DNA from: Macrostomum lignano
Lineage: Eukaryota
DNA: 64,000 bases
Reading direction: 5' to 3'
Assembly: GCA_002269645.1 (NCBI GenBank)
Contig: NIVC01000328.1
Coordinates: 1-64,000 of the forward strand
The position numbers and the translations under genes were made by a program. Of this stretch, positions 1-8,499 are shown piece by piece. The notes under the pieces were generated by a model. It did not search any database. It was not told the origin of the DNA and worked only from the letters and a program-made list of their open reading frames with translations. How positions within the stretch are numbered: position 1 is the stretch's first letter; every line of letters begins with the position of its first letter.

Positions 1-460
1 AGATTCAGAAAATTGATCAGCGTTTGCGTAGGGATTAGCGGAGGACTTCTGTTCGCTTTGCATCAGAGTCACGAATGAAAAAAACCTCACCAGCAGCTGT
101 GAGCGAAGCAAACTAAAAACGAAAGTCAAACAGGGGATCCTGGGAGCAGTAGCTCAAACATTTTCTTGGATGTGCGCCCCTTAGTTCCGGTTCAGTAAAT
201 CTTTTTCAGCTGCAAGCGAGTGTCGAAAAGCCAAAGTGTCTACTTAAAGCTCTACATAGTGCTTTTGCAGACTAGCTGAAAAAATGCCACCTACTTCTGG
301 CACTTTGGCAACGAGAAGTTCGGACTCACCCCGAACTCTGGTCACAGACAAAATGCACCAGAAGTGATCGAATTTCTTTGACAATACCCCTTGTACGAGT
401 ATGAGCTGCCCATGCTGAGAGAACTCGCAGTCACAACCACAGACTCATTTAAAGAAAAGA

Positions 461-560
461 AAAAAGTCTTGCTCAAGGACACAAATTGTTCCGAGTGGGT
501 CGCGAATCGGACTCCCGACCTTTCAGTCGTGAGTCAAAGGCTCTAACCACTAGGCTACAA
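461..560 (-). mobile_element. tRNA-derived SINE fragment (CORE-like)
   Basis: The minus strand reads TAGCCTAGTGGTTAGAGC (A-box-like), then a degenerate B-box region, then GTGTCCTTGAGCAAGAC, which resembles the CORE-SINE conserved segment. No complete tRNA cloverleaf is seen. Confidence 0.5.
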
Positions 561-645
561 CCCTTATTGTCGTAATCAATATCTGAATTCTTCATGAAGT
601 TTAGCGGAAGCGAAATTTATTTAATAAAATAAAATAATAACACAG

Positions 646-1474
646 TGTCATGAATGTGTTATTATGACTGTGTGTACTTTGCTACTTTGCTACGCCGGGC
701 CAGTCGGCCGTCCTCTCCCCCCTCCTTAGATATTTTCTGACTCACCCACCTGCACTTCTGCGCGTGCGTACCCCTCCCCTCCCTGCCTAGACCTTTTCTG
801 TTGAGTCAACCCCCCATGCTCTGCGTGCGACCCCCCCCCCTGTGCGACCCCGCCCATTATTTTGTTAGCTTTGCTGCCCCGCCCTGTTTGTGATTGGCTG
901 CCAGTCCCAGTCTGCCGTGCTGCGCCCCGGCGATTGGCTGGTACAGCTCATGCGTTGCCTTGGCTGATGTCTAAGCCCCCTTTTCTGCCTTTATCCCGCG
1001 CCCTCGACCCCCAGTTTGCTGCCTATTTATTCGGCCCCTTGAGACCCCATTCTCGTCGTCTTCGTGGCTCCTCGGCGATTGTGCCAGCGTTGGTTGCTGA
1101 ATTGCTATTCCTCGCAGAATTGCTAGACAAATATATAAGTAAAGAATATCGAGATCACCACTGCTCTGACGGCGCTGTTTCTTGTACGACTGAAATCGCG
1201 GCTGGTAAGCCTTCCAATTTGTACGTCATTTGGGTCTGCATCTGTACTAGGCACCTTAGAGGGATTAAGTGCGTCGTACGCCGGTCCCACCCCAAGCAGC
1301 TCTGCGTCGTACGCGAGTCTGTAGGCTGTCGTGCGTCGTACGCTCGAGCAGCCTAGTCCCGACGGACACCGCGTCGTACGCGTGTCAGTGGAGGACCGCA
1401 GCCAGGGTCAGTACACGAACCCGGGTCTGGGAAAGGGGCACGAAAGGACCGAGCCCTTGAGCCCCATCATCACA
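646..1474 (+). repeat. 5' LTR (829 bp)
   Basis: TG...CA termini with an imperfect terminal inverted repeat. Near-identical to 8500-9332 and followed by the PBS. Confidence 0.95.
1132..1138 (+). promoter_or_regulatory. Candidate LTR TATA box
   Basis: TATATAA in the LTR interior, about 70 nt upstream of a consensus splice donor (CTG|GTAAGC at 1205). Positional inference only. Confidence 0.35.
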
Positions 1475-1477
1475 AAT

Positions 1478-1495
1478 TGGCATCCTTGGTGGGAC
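1478..1495 (+). other. Primer-binding site
   Basis: TGGCATCCTTGGTGGGAC begins 3 nt after the LTR end. It is complementary to a tRNA 3' end (..GUCCCACCAAGGAUGCCA), which resembles tRNA-Arg (inference). Confidence 0.8.
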
Positions 1496-1582
1496 CCTGC
1501 GCTGTGGAAGACTAAGCAAGGAAGAAAGCTCGAGGCGCGGAATATTGTGAGAAATTAAGGTTAGAAACTGTGACGCCGTGGT

Positions 1583-2706
1583 ATGGATGCTGGAGGTGCT
1601 GCTGGAGGTGCTGCTGGAGGTGCGGCTGGAGGTGCGGCTGGAGGTGCGGCTGGAGGTGCGGCTGGAGGTGCGGCTGGAGGTGCGGCTGGAGGTGCGGCTG
1701 GAGGTGCGGCTGGAGGTGCTGCTGGAGGTGCTGCTGGAGCCTTTGGTGTTAATGATCTGGTCGCCGCTTGACTGCCCAGATTCAGCAGAACATGCAGCAA
1801 GCGGGTGCCCTCAGGATTCAGAGGCCGGTGAAGTATGCTCCAGGAATGAATTTCGTGAAGTGGTTGAGGCTCTTCGTAGCTTATTGCGATGCCATGCAGA
1901 TTCCGATGCAGAATCGGCGCGCTCAGTTGCTCAGCAACCTAGACTTCAGCACCTTCCAAGTTGTTGACAACATGAACCTTGGGGACGACTTGCAGTTCGA
2001 AGAATTTACCCAGGCCTTGAGGGATAGGTTCACTATGCACCGTACCGTCGTCGACTACCGCACAGAACTGAGCAATAGAGAGCAGAGTGAGAAGGAGTCG
2101 GTAGAAGATTTCTCTGAAGCTGTGATTGAGTTGGTCGCAAACGCCTTTCCTGATGCGCCTGCCGATGTGCGCGATGATCTTGCGAAAGAGCGATTTATGC
2201 GAGGCGTCCGTGCGGGGGTGGCTGTGCGGGAGCGACTGTACATGAGCCAGCCGGAGACGTTAGCGGACGCAATGCGTCTGGTGCATCAGCTGGAAGCGGC
2301 GGTTAGGGCAAGTCATGGTCCACCAGGTCAGGTATCGAAAAGAACCGTTTGTGCTGTTACGACCGAGACCAGAAAGGAGGCTTCCGAAAGCAGTGAGGTC
2401 GAGATGCTTCGAAAACAGCTGGCGGCCATGGAGATGCGAATGAAAGAGATGGAGGAGCGGAGGTCTGAAGAAGCGGCAGAGCCGACCCCGGCGAGTCGGA
2501 AGGCTGTGCAGTGTTTTTCGTGTCGAGAGTGGGGCCATATCTCATCAAAGTGTCCGAAGAAGACCAGTCAGAAGAGTGAAAACGGGAAATCGCCAGTACG
2601 ATGTCACAAGTGCAACGGTGAAGGCCACCTATCCTTCAAGTGTCCGAAGTCGGGAAACGGGCCGAGGGGACCGACCGGGGAGAGTCGGGACCCTGCCAGG
2701 AAGTGA
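1583..2706 (+). CDS. gag: Gag, with a (GGAA)n N-terminus and two CCHC zinc knuckles; 1-nt frameshift at ~1768
   Basis: CFSCREWGHISSKC and CHKCNGEGHLSFKC knuckles. ORF 1583-1771 joins ORF 1768-2706 if one T is restored (GCT TTG ACT). Confidence 0.88.
1589..1738 (+). repeat. 12-bp tandem repeat (GCTGGAGGTGCG/T) encoding GGAA in gag
   Basis: About 12 copies are directly visible. Confidence 0.95.
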
Positions 2707-3695
2707 AGTCTCCCAGGAGCGAGGAACCGGGGTTGCTCACTAACTCTGTAAATAAATCCAAGTGCGTCTCTGGTGATGGGAATTCAAAGAGCAACCTGGT
2801 TCATGAGGCGTGTTCGTCGGTATCAACGGAGCCTCTGACAGTTTTTATTTCCGGTGCGGTTTCCGGCAAGCCAGTGGCTCTGCTGTTAGACAGTGGTGCG
2901 AGTGTGTCAGTGCTGAGCTGTGATGTTTTCCTGAGGCTGCCGCAAGAGGTGAGGGAGAGACTGACTGCAATGGACGGTTCCCTTTCAACGGCCAATGGAG
3001 GTGCGATGAGGATGAGAGGCTGCATTGTGCTGGACGTGGAGATTGGCGGCGAGCGGTGGTCAGCGAATTTCTTCGTAGTGGACGGATTACGTTATGATGT
3101 CATTCTCGGGTCCGAATTTTTCAAACAGCATCGTTGCGTCATCAACTATTCAGAGTTTGTCTTTCGAGTGGGCGATGTTAGAGTTCCGATACGGCAGAAA
3201 GGCGAGCTGCCCGTGGTGTGTCGAATCAAAGCCGAGACAACGGTATTTCTGGAACCGGCGCAAGAAGTGATCATGCCAGCCAGGGTAGAGAAAAAGGGCG
3301 CAAGAAACTGCGGATCGGTCGGCATAACGGAAGAAAAGCCGGTGAAGGCCGCTGAGAAGGATTTGGCGCTGGCTCGAGCTCTGGTAGCGCCCGGCGTGGA
3401 TGGACGGCTGCCGATGAGATTGCTGAATACGTCCAGTTGTAGGAAGAGGGTCAAGAAAGGAGAGACGATTGGCTGGTTTATTCCTTTGGAACCGAACGGA
3501 GGTATCAACGTGGTGCGCTTGGACGACGACGTAGAGGCCAAGAATGAAGCGGAGGCATGGGACCCGATCGAAGAATTCCGCGAGTGGGGTTCGTGTGGCC
3601 TGTCGGAGGAGGAGGAAGCCGACTTCAGGGAGCTGATTTCCCAACATCGGGCTGTCTTTGCTAAGGACTCCAAGGATCTCGGCGTACGACGGTGA
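2640..3695 (+). CDS. pol: Aspartic protease region of pol
   Basis: LLDSGASVS catalytic motif and YDVILGSEFF. It is joined to RT by a short segment (3683-3773, RTTVMKHEIDTGDARPVKEAARRIP) bounded by two compensating frameshifts. Confidence 0.9.
   Translation: MSEVGKRAEGTDRGESGPCQEVKSPRSEEPGLLTNSVNKSKCVSGDGNSKSNLVHEACSSVSTEPLTVFISGAVSGKPVALLLDSGASVSVLSCDVFLRLPQEVRERLTAMDGSLSTANGGAMRMRGCIVLDVEIGGERWSANFFVVDGLRYDVILGSEFFKQHRCVINYSEFVFRVGDVRVPIRQKGELPVVCRIKAETTVFLEPAQEVIMPARVEKKGARNCGSVGITEEKPVKAAEKDLALARALVAPGVDGRLPMRLLNTSSCRKRVKKGETIGWFIPLEPNGGINVVRLDDDVEAKNEAEAWDPIEEFREWGSCGLSEEEEADFRELISQHRAVFAKDSKDLGVRR
2652..2694 (+). promoter_or_regulatory. -1 ribosomal frameshift signal (gag to pol)
   Basis: Slippery heptamer G GGA AAC in the gag frame (2652-2658), a 6-nt spacer, then the stem-loop AGGG-GA-CCGAC/GTCGG-GA-CCCT. 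The pro ORF is in the -1 frame. Confidence 0.8.
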
Positions 3696-3773
3696 TGAAG
3701 CACGAGATCGACACTGGAGATGCCAGGCCTGTGAAAGAGGCGGCGAGGCGGATTCCCCTACCTGCGGCAGGAA

Positions 3774-6700
3774 GTGGACAAGGAGTTGGATGACTTGCTG
3801 GAAGCTGGGAGAATCAGCGAGGTTCAGTCCCCATGGTGCTCTCCGGTGGTGTGCGTGAAAAAGAAGGACGGTTCCCTGAGGTTCTGTTGTGACTACCGGA
3901 AACTGAATGAAGTGACCAAGAAGGATGCAGTGCCGTTGCCCAGGACAGATGACCTGTTGGAGAGCCTAGGCGGTGCCAAGATTTTTTCGACCATGGACAT
4001 GCAGTCGGGATACTGGCAGATGGCGGTGGAACCCAGCGACAGACTGAAGACGGCCTTTGGCGTTTCACACCGGGTACAGCAGTACGCCTGGAACGTTATG
4101 CCATTTGGATTGACAAATGCACCGGCTTCATTCAGCCGGCTAATGAATGTGGTGTTGGGGAAGTTGTGCTGGAAGACGTGTTTGGTGTATCTGGACGACC
4201 TGCTAGTGTGGTCACGAACGGTAGAAGAGCACCTGGAACGGTTGCAAACGGTTTTTCGACGGTTGCGAGCAGCGAACATCAAACTGAAGCCGAAGAAGTG
4301 CGCATTCCTGCTGAAGTCAGTGACCTTCCTGGGACACGTAGTGTCAGCTGATGGGATCGCCACGAGTCCAGAAAAGATTGCCGAAATTCGTGACTGGCCA
4401 ACTCCGAGGAATGTGAAGGAAGTAAGGTCATTCCTGGGACTGTGCGGGTATTACCGGCAATTCATCGCAGATTTTTCCCGCATTGCTGAGCCGATGCTGC
4501 GACGGACCCGACATGATTGCCCGTGGAGCTGGGATGAGGAGTGTCAAGCCGCATTCGAGGCCCTGAAGGAAAGGTTGCAGGGATCTGAGGTCATGGCGTT
4601 TCCAAACTTTGCGGAGGACGCTGGAGAATTCGTTTTAGACACAGACGGTAGCACAAAAGAAGGAATTGGCGCTGTGCTTTCGCAGGTGCAGAAAGATGGG
4701 AGTGAGAAGGTAATAGCTTACGGAAGCAGGACGTTGTCGCGAGAAGAACGGAATTACTGCACGACACGAGTCGAGTTGCTGGCCGTGGTGTTTTTCGTAC
4801 AGAAGTTTCGTTATTACCTGATGGGGCGAGAGTTTCTAGTGCGCACCGATCACAGCAGCTTGAAGTGGCTGCATTCGCTGCGGGACGTAGAAGGACAACT
4901 GGCCAGATGGCTGGAACTCTTGGCTCCGTACAGGTATCGCATCGAACATCGTCCGGGAGTGAAACATCAACACGCGGACGCTCTCTCCAGGAAGCCACGT
5001 CGGCGCCATCAAGGAAGCGAGAGTTGTCCTGGATGTGCACAAGAGCAGATCGGCGTGAACGCGTTGGGATTGCAGAAGTGGACCTCGGAGGAGATCAGAG
5101 AGAGCCAGAAGATGGACAGCGACATTCGTCAGGCGATGGAGCTGCTGGCTCACAGCGACGGAGAGATAACCGAAGAGCATTTGCGGCGCATATCACCGAC
5201 GGCAAGGAGGATTGTCGAAAGACGTCGTGACCTTGAGGTGTCGGACAGTGAGGTGTTGCTGTGTCATACGGCCAGTAGACGTCAGCCGCAAGTGGTGTTG
5301 CCACGGAATATGCTGAGAGCGGTGCTGGAAGAAGCTCATGGTGGACGGAGTGGAGGGCACGTTGGGATTTTCAAGACCAAGGAGAAGGTGCGGCAATCGT
5401 TTTGGAGGCCGGGACTTGGCCGCGAGGTCGAAGAGCACGTAAAAGCCTGTTTGGACTGCACCAAGGCCAAAGCTGGCAAGAAACCAATTGCACCGATGGA
5501 GCCGATTCCGAGTTCAAGCCCATTCGATATCGTGATGACGGACGTCATCGGGCCGCTGCCACGGAGCAAGAAAGGAAACTTCTGCATCCTCACGGTGCAA
5601 GATGCGTTCTCAAAGTGGCCTGACGCTTATGCCATCCGGAACCAGAAGGCGGCAACGATCGCAAGGGTGCTATTCGAACGCTGGATTGCCAATCACGGGT
5701 GCCCCCGGGTACTTCACTCAGACCAAGGAAGGAACTTTGAGTCGGGGATCGTCAGGAAGCTGTGCGAGCTGTTGGGTGTGAAGAAGACCAGGACGAGCGC
5801 CTACCACCCGAGTGGCAACGGACAGGTGGAACGATTTAATGGGTTCCTGAAGAACAGTTTGCGCACGTATCTGGTACAGAAGGGTCAGAACGCCTGGGAG
5901 GAGTACCTGCCAAGTGCATTGATGGCTTATCGATCGACGGTCCAGGCGTCCACCGGTTACACGCCCTACTACATGCTGCATGGTCAGGAGATGCCACTGG
6001 GATTCGAACCAGAGGACCTTAGGCGAAAGACGGACAGCTGTCCCTTGTTTGTGCAAGAGATCAAGCAGAACCTGCTTCATGCCCATGAACGCATTCGAGA
6101 AGGACGCGAGACGGTTCAGCGACGGCAGAAAATGAATTACGATCGGAAAGTGAAGGGCAAAGCGATTCAGAAGGGCGACTCTGTCTTGCTGTACTATCCG
6201 TGCTTGGAGATGGGAGAGAAAAGCAAGTTCCATATCAACTGGCGCGGCCCAGTGAAGGTCCTGGAGAAGCTGTCAGATGCGTTGTACCGAGTGCAGGATC
6301 CGACACAGCCGCAGAAGACCAAGGTGGTGCACTTCAACAATCTCCGGCCGGTTCAGGTTCAGACGGAGGCGGCAGACGGTCAAGAGACTAGAGAGGAAAT
6401 TGGGAGGGCCAGTTCGGGAAAAACCAGGCCGCGACGTGATAATTCCGCTGCTGGACGAAGCCGAAGGCAGAGAGTGCAACGGGGCGAGACCCAGAGGTGG
6501 ACCGCAGCGCGAGGGCCGCAGGACCAGGAATCCGAGCAGGAAGATGAAGAGTTTGAAGATCTTCAGCTGCGGTTTCAAGATCCAAGAGATCACGCTCCAC
6601 CGGACACCCAAAATCTGGCCGAAGACTGTGAGCCCGGACCTGAGCGTCGAGAAGCAGACGATGACGAAGAAGAGCACGACGATGAGTCGCGGTACGACGA

Positions 6701-6845
6701 GGAGCAGGACGAAGAGGATGAGGCAGAGCCGAACGACGCCAACGTACCCGAGCAGGAAGTGAGGACGGCACAGGAGGAAGCAGGGCGACCAAGACGTCTG
6801 CGGCGACCGCCAGATCGGTTTGGGGTCCCGGTGTACTACTACTGA
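3774..6845 (+). CDS. pol: Pol: reverse transcriptase, RNase H, integrase
   Basis: RT motifs RFCCDYRKLN, MPFGLTNAP, YLDD. RNase H motifs LDTDGS, ELLAVV, RTDHSSL. Integrase HHCC (HGGRSGGH..CLDC), D-D-E (MTDV, HSDQG, VERFN), GPY/F-like WRGPVKV, and an acidic tail. Confidence 0.97.
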   Translation: MDKELDDLLEAGRISEVQSPWCSPVVCVKKKDGSLRFCCDYRKLNEVTKKDAVPLPRTDDLLESLGGAKIFSTMDMQSGYWQMAVEPSDRLKTAFGVSHRVQQYAWNVMPFGLTNAPASFSRLMNVVLGKLCWKTCLVYLDDLLVWSRTVEEHLERLQTVFRRLRAANIKLKPKKCAFLLKSVTFLGHVVSADGIATSPEKIAEIRDWPTPRNVKEVRSFLGLCGYYRQFIADFSRIAEPMLRRTRHDCPWSWDEECQAAFEALKERLQGSEVMAFPNFAEDAGEFVLDTDGSTKEGIGAVLSQVQKDGSEKVIAYGSRTLSREERNYCTTRVELLAVVFFVQKFRYYLMGREFLVRTDHSSLKWLHSLRDVEGQLARWLELLAPYRYRIEHRPGVKHQHADALSRKPRRRHQGSESCPGCAQEQIGVNALGLQKWTSEEIRESQKMDSDIRQAMELLAHSDGEITEEHLRRISPTARRIVERRRDLEVSDSEVLLCHTASRRQPQVVLPRNMLRAVLEEAHGGRSGGHVGIFKTKEKVRQSFWRPGLGREVEEHVKACLDCTKAKAGKKPIAPMEPIPSSSPFDIVMTDVIGPLPRSKKGNFCILTVQDAFSKWPDAYAIRNQKAATIARVLFERWIANHGCPRVLHSDQGRNFESGIVRKLCELLGVKKTRTSAYHPSGNGQVERFNGFLKNSLRTYLVQKGQNAWEEYLPSALMAYRSTVQASTGYTPYYMLHGQEMPLGFEPEDLRRKTDSCPLFVQEIKQNLLHAHERIREGRETVQRRQKMNYDRKVKGKAIQKGDSVLLYYPCLEMGEKSKFHINWRGPVKVLEKLSDALYRVQDPTQPQKTKVVHFNNLRPVQVQTEAADGQETREEIGRASSGKTRPRRDNSAAGRSRRQRVQRGETQRWTAARGPQDQESEQEDEEFEDLQLRFQDPRDHAPPDTQNLAEDCEPGPERREADDDEEEHDDESRYDEEQDEEDEAEPNDANVPEQEVRTAQEEAGRPRRLRRPPDRFGVPVYYY

Positions 6846-6944
6846 AGAAGGGTCCGGTGTACGGCGCTTGGATAGCCAAAGGGGAAGGGAGGTACATGTC
6901 GTGCGTGTCTCATTGCTCATCGGAGTTAGGCCGGACTGTTACAG

Positions 6945-7925
6945 ATGGCGGACCTCTACGAGTGTCTTGGAGTGCAGCTGTGGGCGTCTGCGGCACAGAT
7001 TCGGAAAGCGTTCTACGGTCGAGCACGCGAACTGCACCCTGACAAGAGCGCAACAGAGGAGACGCGGAAGAGATTCCAGGAGTGCGAAGAGGCGTACCGA
7101 ATACTGTCGTGTCCGTTCCTTAGAAAGCTGTACGATATCTTTGGAAATGCTGTTCGTGACCGGGATGAGATGCTTCGGCTCGCAGAAGGGATGTTAGAGG
7201 ATGAAGACATGCCCGACGATCTCCGAGAAGAGATAGAAAGACTACAAGAGAGCGACCGATTAGCTGAGGAGGCGTACGAGAGAGAACAGGCGAGGAGGGA
7301 TGAGGAGCACGTCAAGATGGAGGCAAGTGAGGAGGCCTCAGACGATGAGCAGGACGAAGAGATGAACGAGGCGAGTGAGACACTGCCGGAGGAGTACGAG
7401 GTCGAGAAGGTCTTAGGAGTCACGGAGCGAGGAGCGGAGTATCTGCTGCAGTGGGCCGGTGTAGAGGAGCTTGAGACGTCATGGGAAGCGGAGGAAGATT
7501 GTGCCGGATGTAGAAACCTGATTGAAGAATATCTGCAGAGAGCGTACCGGCTTCAGACAAGACCGTGCCGACCAGTGACCGTCGCGGAACTGGAGAACGT
7601 AGGACCCAGTCGGAAGAAACTGCACCAGGCAATGCGGAAGGGCGACCCGTGGGGCATCTTTGAGGTGCTGCTAGCCCTGAAGGGGAAGTGCGCCACTGCC
7701 TTGGTGGATTTCAAGGAATTCGGTCCGGAGTTGATGCTGCAAATCCTGGGCTACTTGGAGCGAGACGGTCGCAAGTATCCGGGGCACGGAGTTCGTCGGT
7801 GGAGTCGCCAAGCGTGTCAAGCTGTCTACATGTCGGTGATGGTGGTGTTCCCGCTGTTCGACCTGCGACGCCAGGGTTTGGTCCTGGGTGCCCTCCGTAG
7901 GCTGTGGGATTCGTGCTCTGACTGA
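6945..7925 (+). CDS. Retrotransposon ORF3: DnaJ/Hsp40 J-domain + acidic linker + chromodomain + possible chromo-shadow-like C-terminus (326 aa)
   Basis: aa2-66 DLYECLGV..AS..QIRKAF...ARELHPDK...FQECEEAYRILS...RKLYD is a J-domain with HPD. aa149-199 EEYEVEKVL..EYLLQWAG...TSWEAEED..CRNLIEEY is a chromodomain. The ORF is intact and lies between pol and the 3' LTR. Confidence 0.9.
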   Translation: MADLYECLGVQLWASAAQIRKAFYGRARELHPDKSATEETRKRFQECEEAYRILSCPFLRKLYDIFGNAVRDRDEMLRLAEGMLEDEDMPDDLREEIERLQESDRLAEEAYEREQARRDEEHVKMEASEEASDDEQDEEMNEASETLPEEYEVEKVLGVTERGAEYLLQWAGVEELETSWEAEEDCAGCRNLIEEYLQRAYRLQTRPCRPVTVAELENVGPSRKKLHQAMRKGDPWGIFEVLLALKGKCATALVDFKEFGPELMLQILGYLERDGRKYPGHGVRRWSRQACQAVYMSVMVVFPLFDLRRQGLVLGALRRLWDSCSD

Positions 7926-8487
7926 GGCTATGTCTTCCTAGGGACTTTGGGGCTAGGGACTTTGCAGTGCAGACCCAGGGACAGCGGAGCGGAGGTGGAC
8001 CGGCCTTAACGGGTGCTGACGGAGCGACGCGGCTGTGCAGCAACCGCAGGACTCGACGACCAGCGCAGAGCGACCAGAGCAACCGGCGACAGTAGCGACA
8101 GGGAGACGAGGCACCAGAGCGACGGCCGTACTCGGCGGGATGCAGGGAAGCAGTGCTAGTATTACTTGTGAGGGTAAATGTTTGACGGTTTCATTTTTTT
8201 GTTTTTTGTGAACATTTAGCGTTTTTTTCGAACTTCAGCGTTTTTGTTAAAGTGAGTTTTTCCCAAAATTTGCGTTTTGCTTCCCAATGATGCGTACTCA
8301 CTATCCTATGTTTGAAGGTTTCTTCGTCATTTTTAAACGGTATAATCACTGCGGTTTTGTTTTTTGTTCGAACTAGTTGCCATGCGAGTCCAAAATATTT
8401 TTCAAATGCGGTTTGTTCCTCTGTTCAATTTTTTTGTTATAGTAGCATCATTTCAATATTCGACTTTTCGAACTCGAACTTTTGTCT

Positions 8488-8499
8488 AGGGGACGGGAG
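8488..8499 (+). other. Polypurine tract
   Basis: AGGGGACGGGAG lies immediately 5' of the 3' LTR. Confidence 0.85.

Noticed and set aside
461-560. Genuine tRNA gene
   Set aside because: The B-box and acceptor stem are degenerate and it continues into a SINE-like body.
862-1558. ORFs within the LTRs (862-1356, 8792-9214 and similar)
   Set aside because: No recognisable motifs, and the frames differ between the two LTR copies.
6300-6845. Classical chromovirus (chromodomain at the integrase C-terminus)
   Set aside because: The integrase ends in an acidic tail and RRPPDRF. The chromodomain is in a separate ORF starting 99 nt after the pol stop.
6945-7400. T-antigen-like LxCxE Rb-binding motif next to the J-domain
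   Set aside because: No LxCxE is present; FQECEE and LYECLG do not fit.
6945-7925. ORF3 as an env gene
   Set aside because: No signal peptide, no R-X-K/R-R furin site and no full TM helix (the longest hydrophobic run is about 13 aa). It shows cytosolic/nuclear domains instead.
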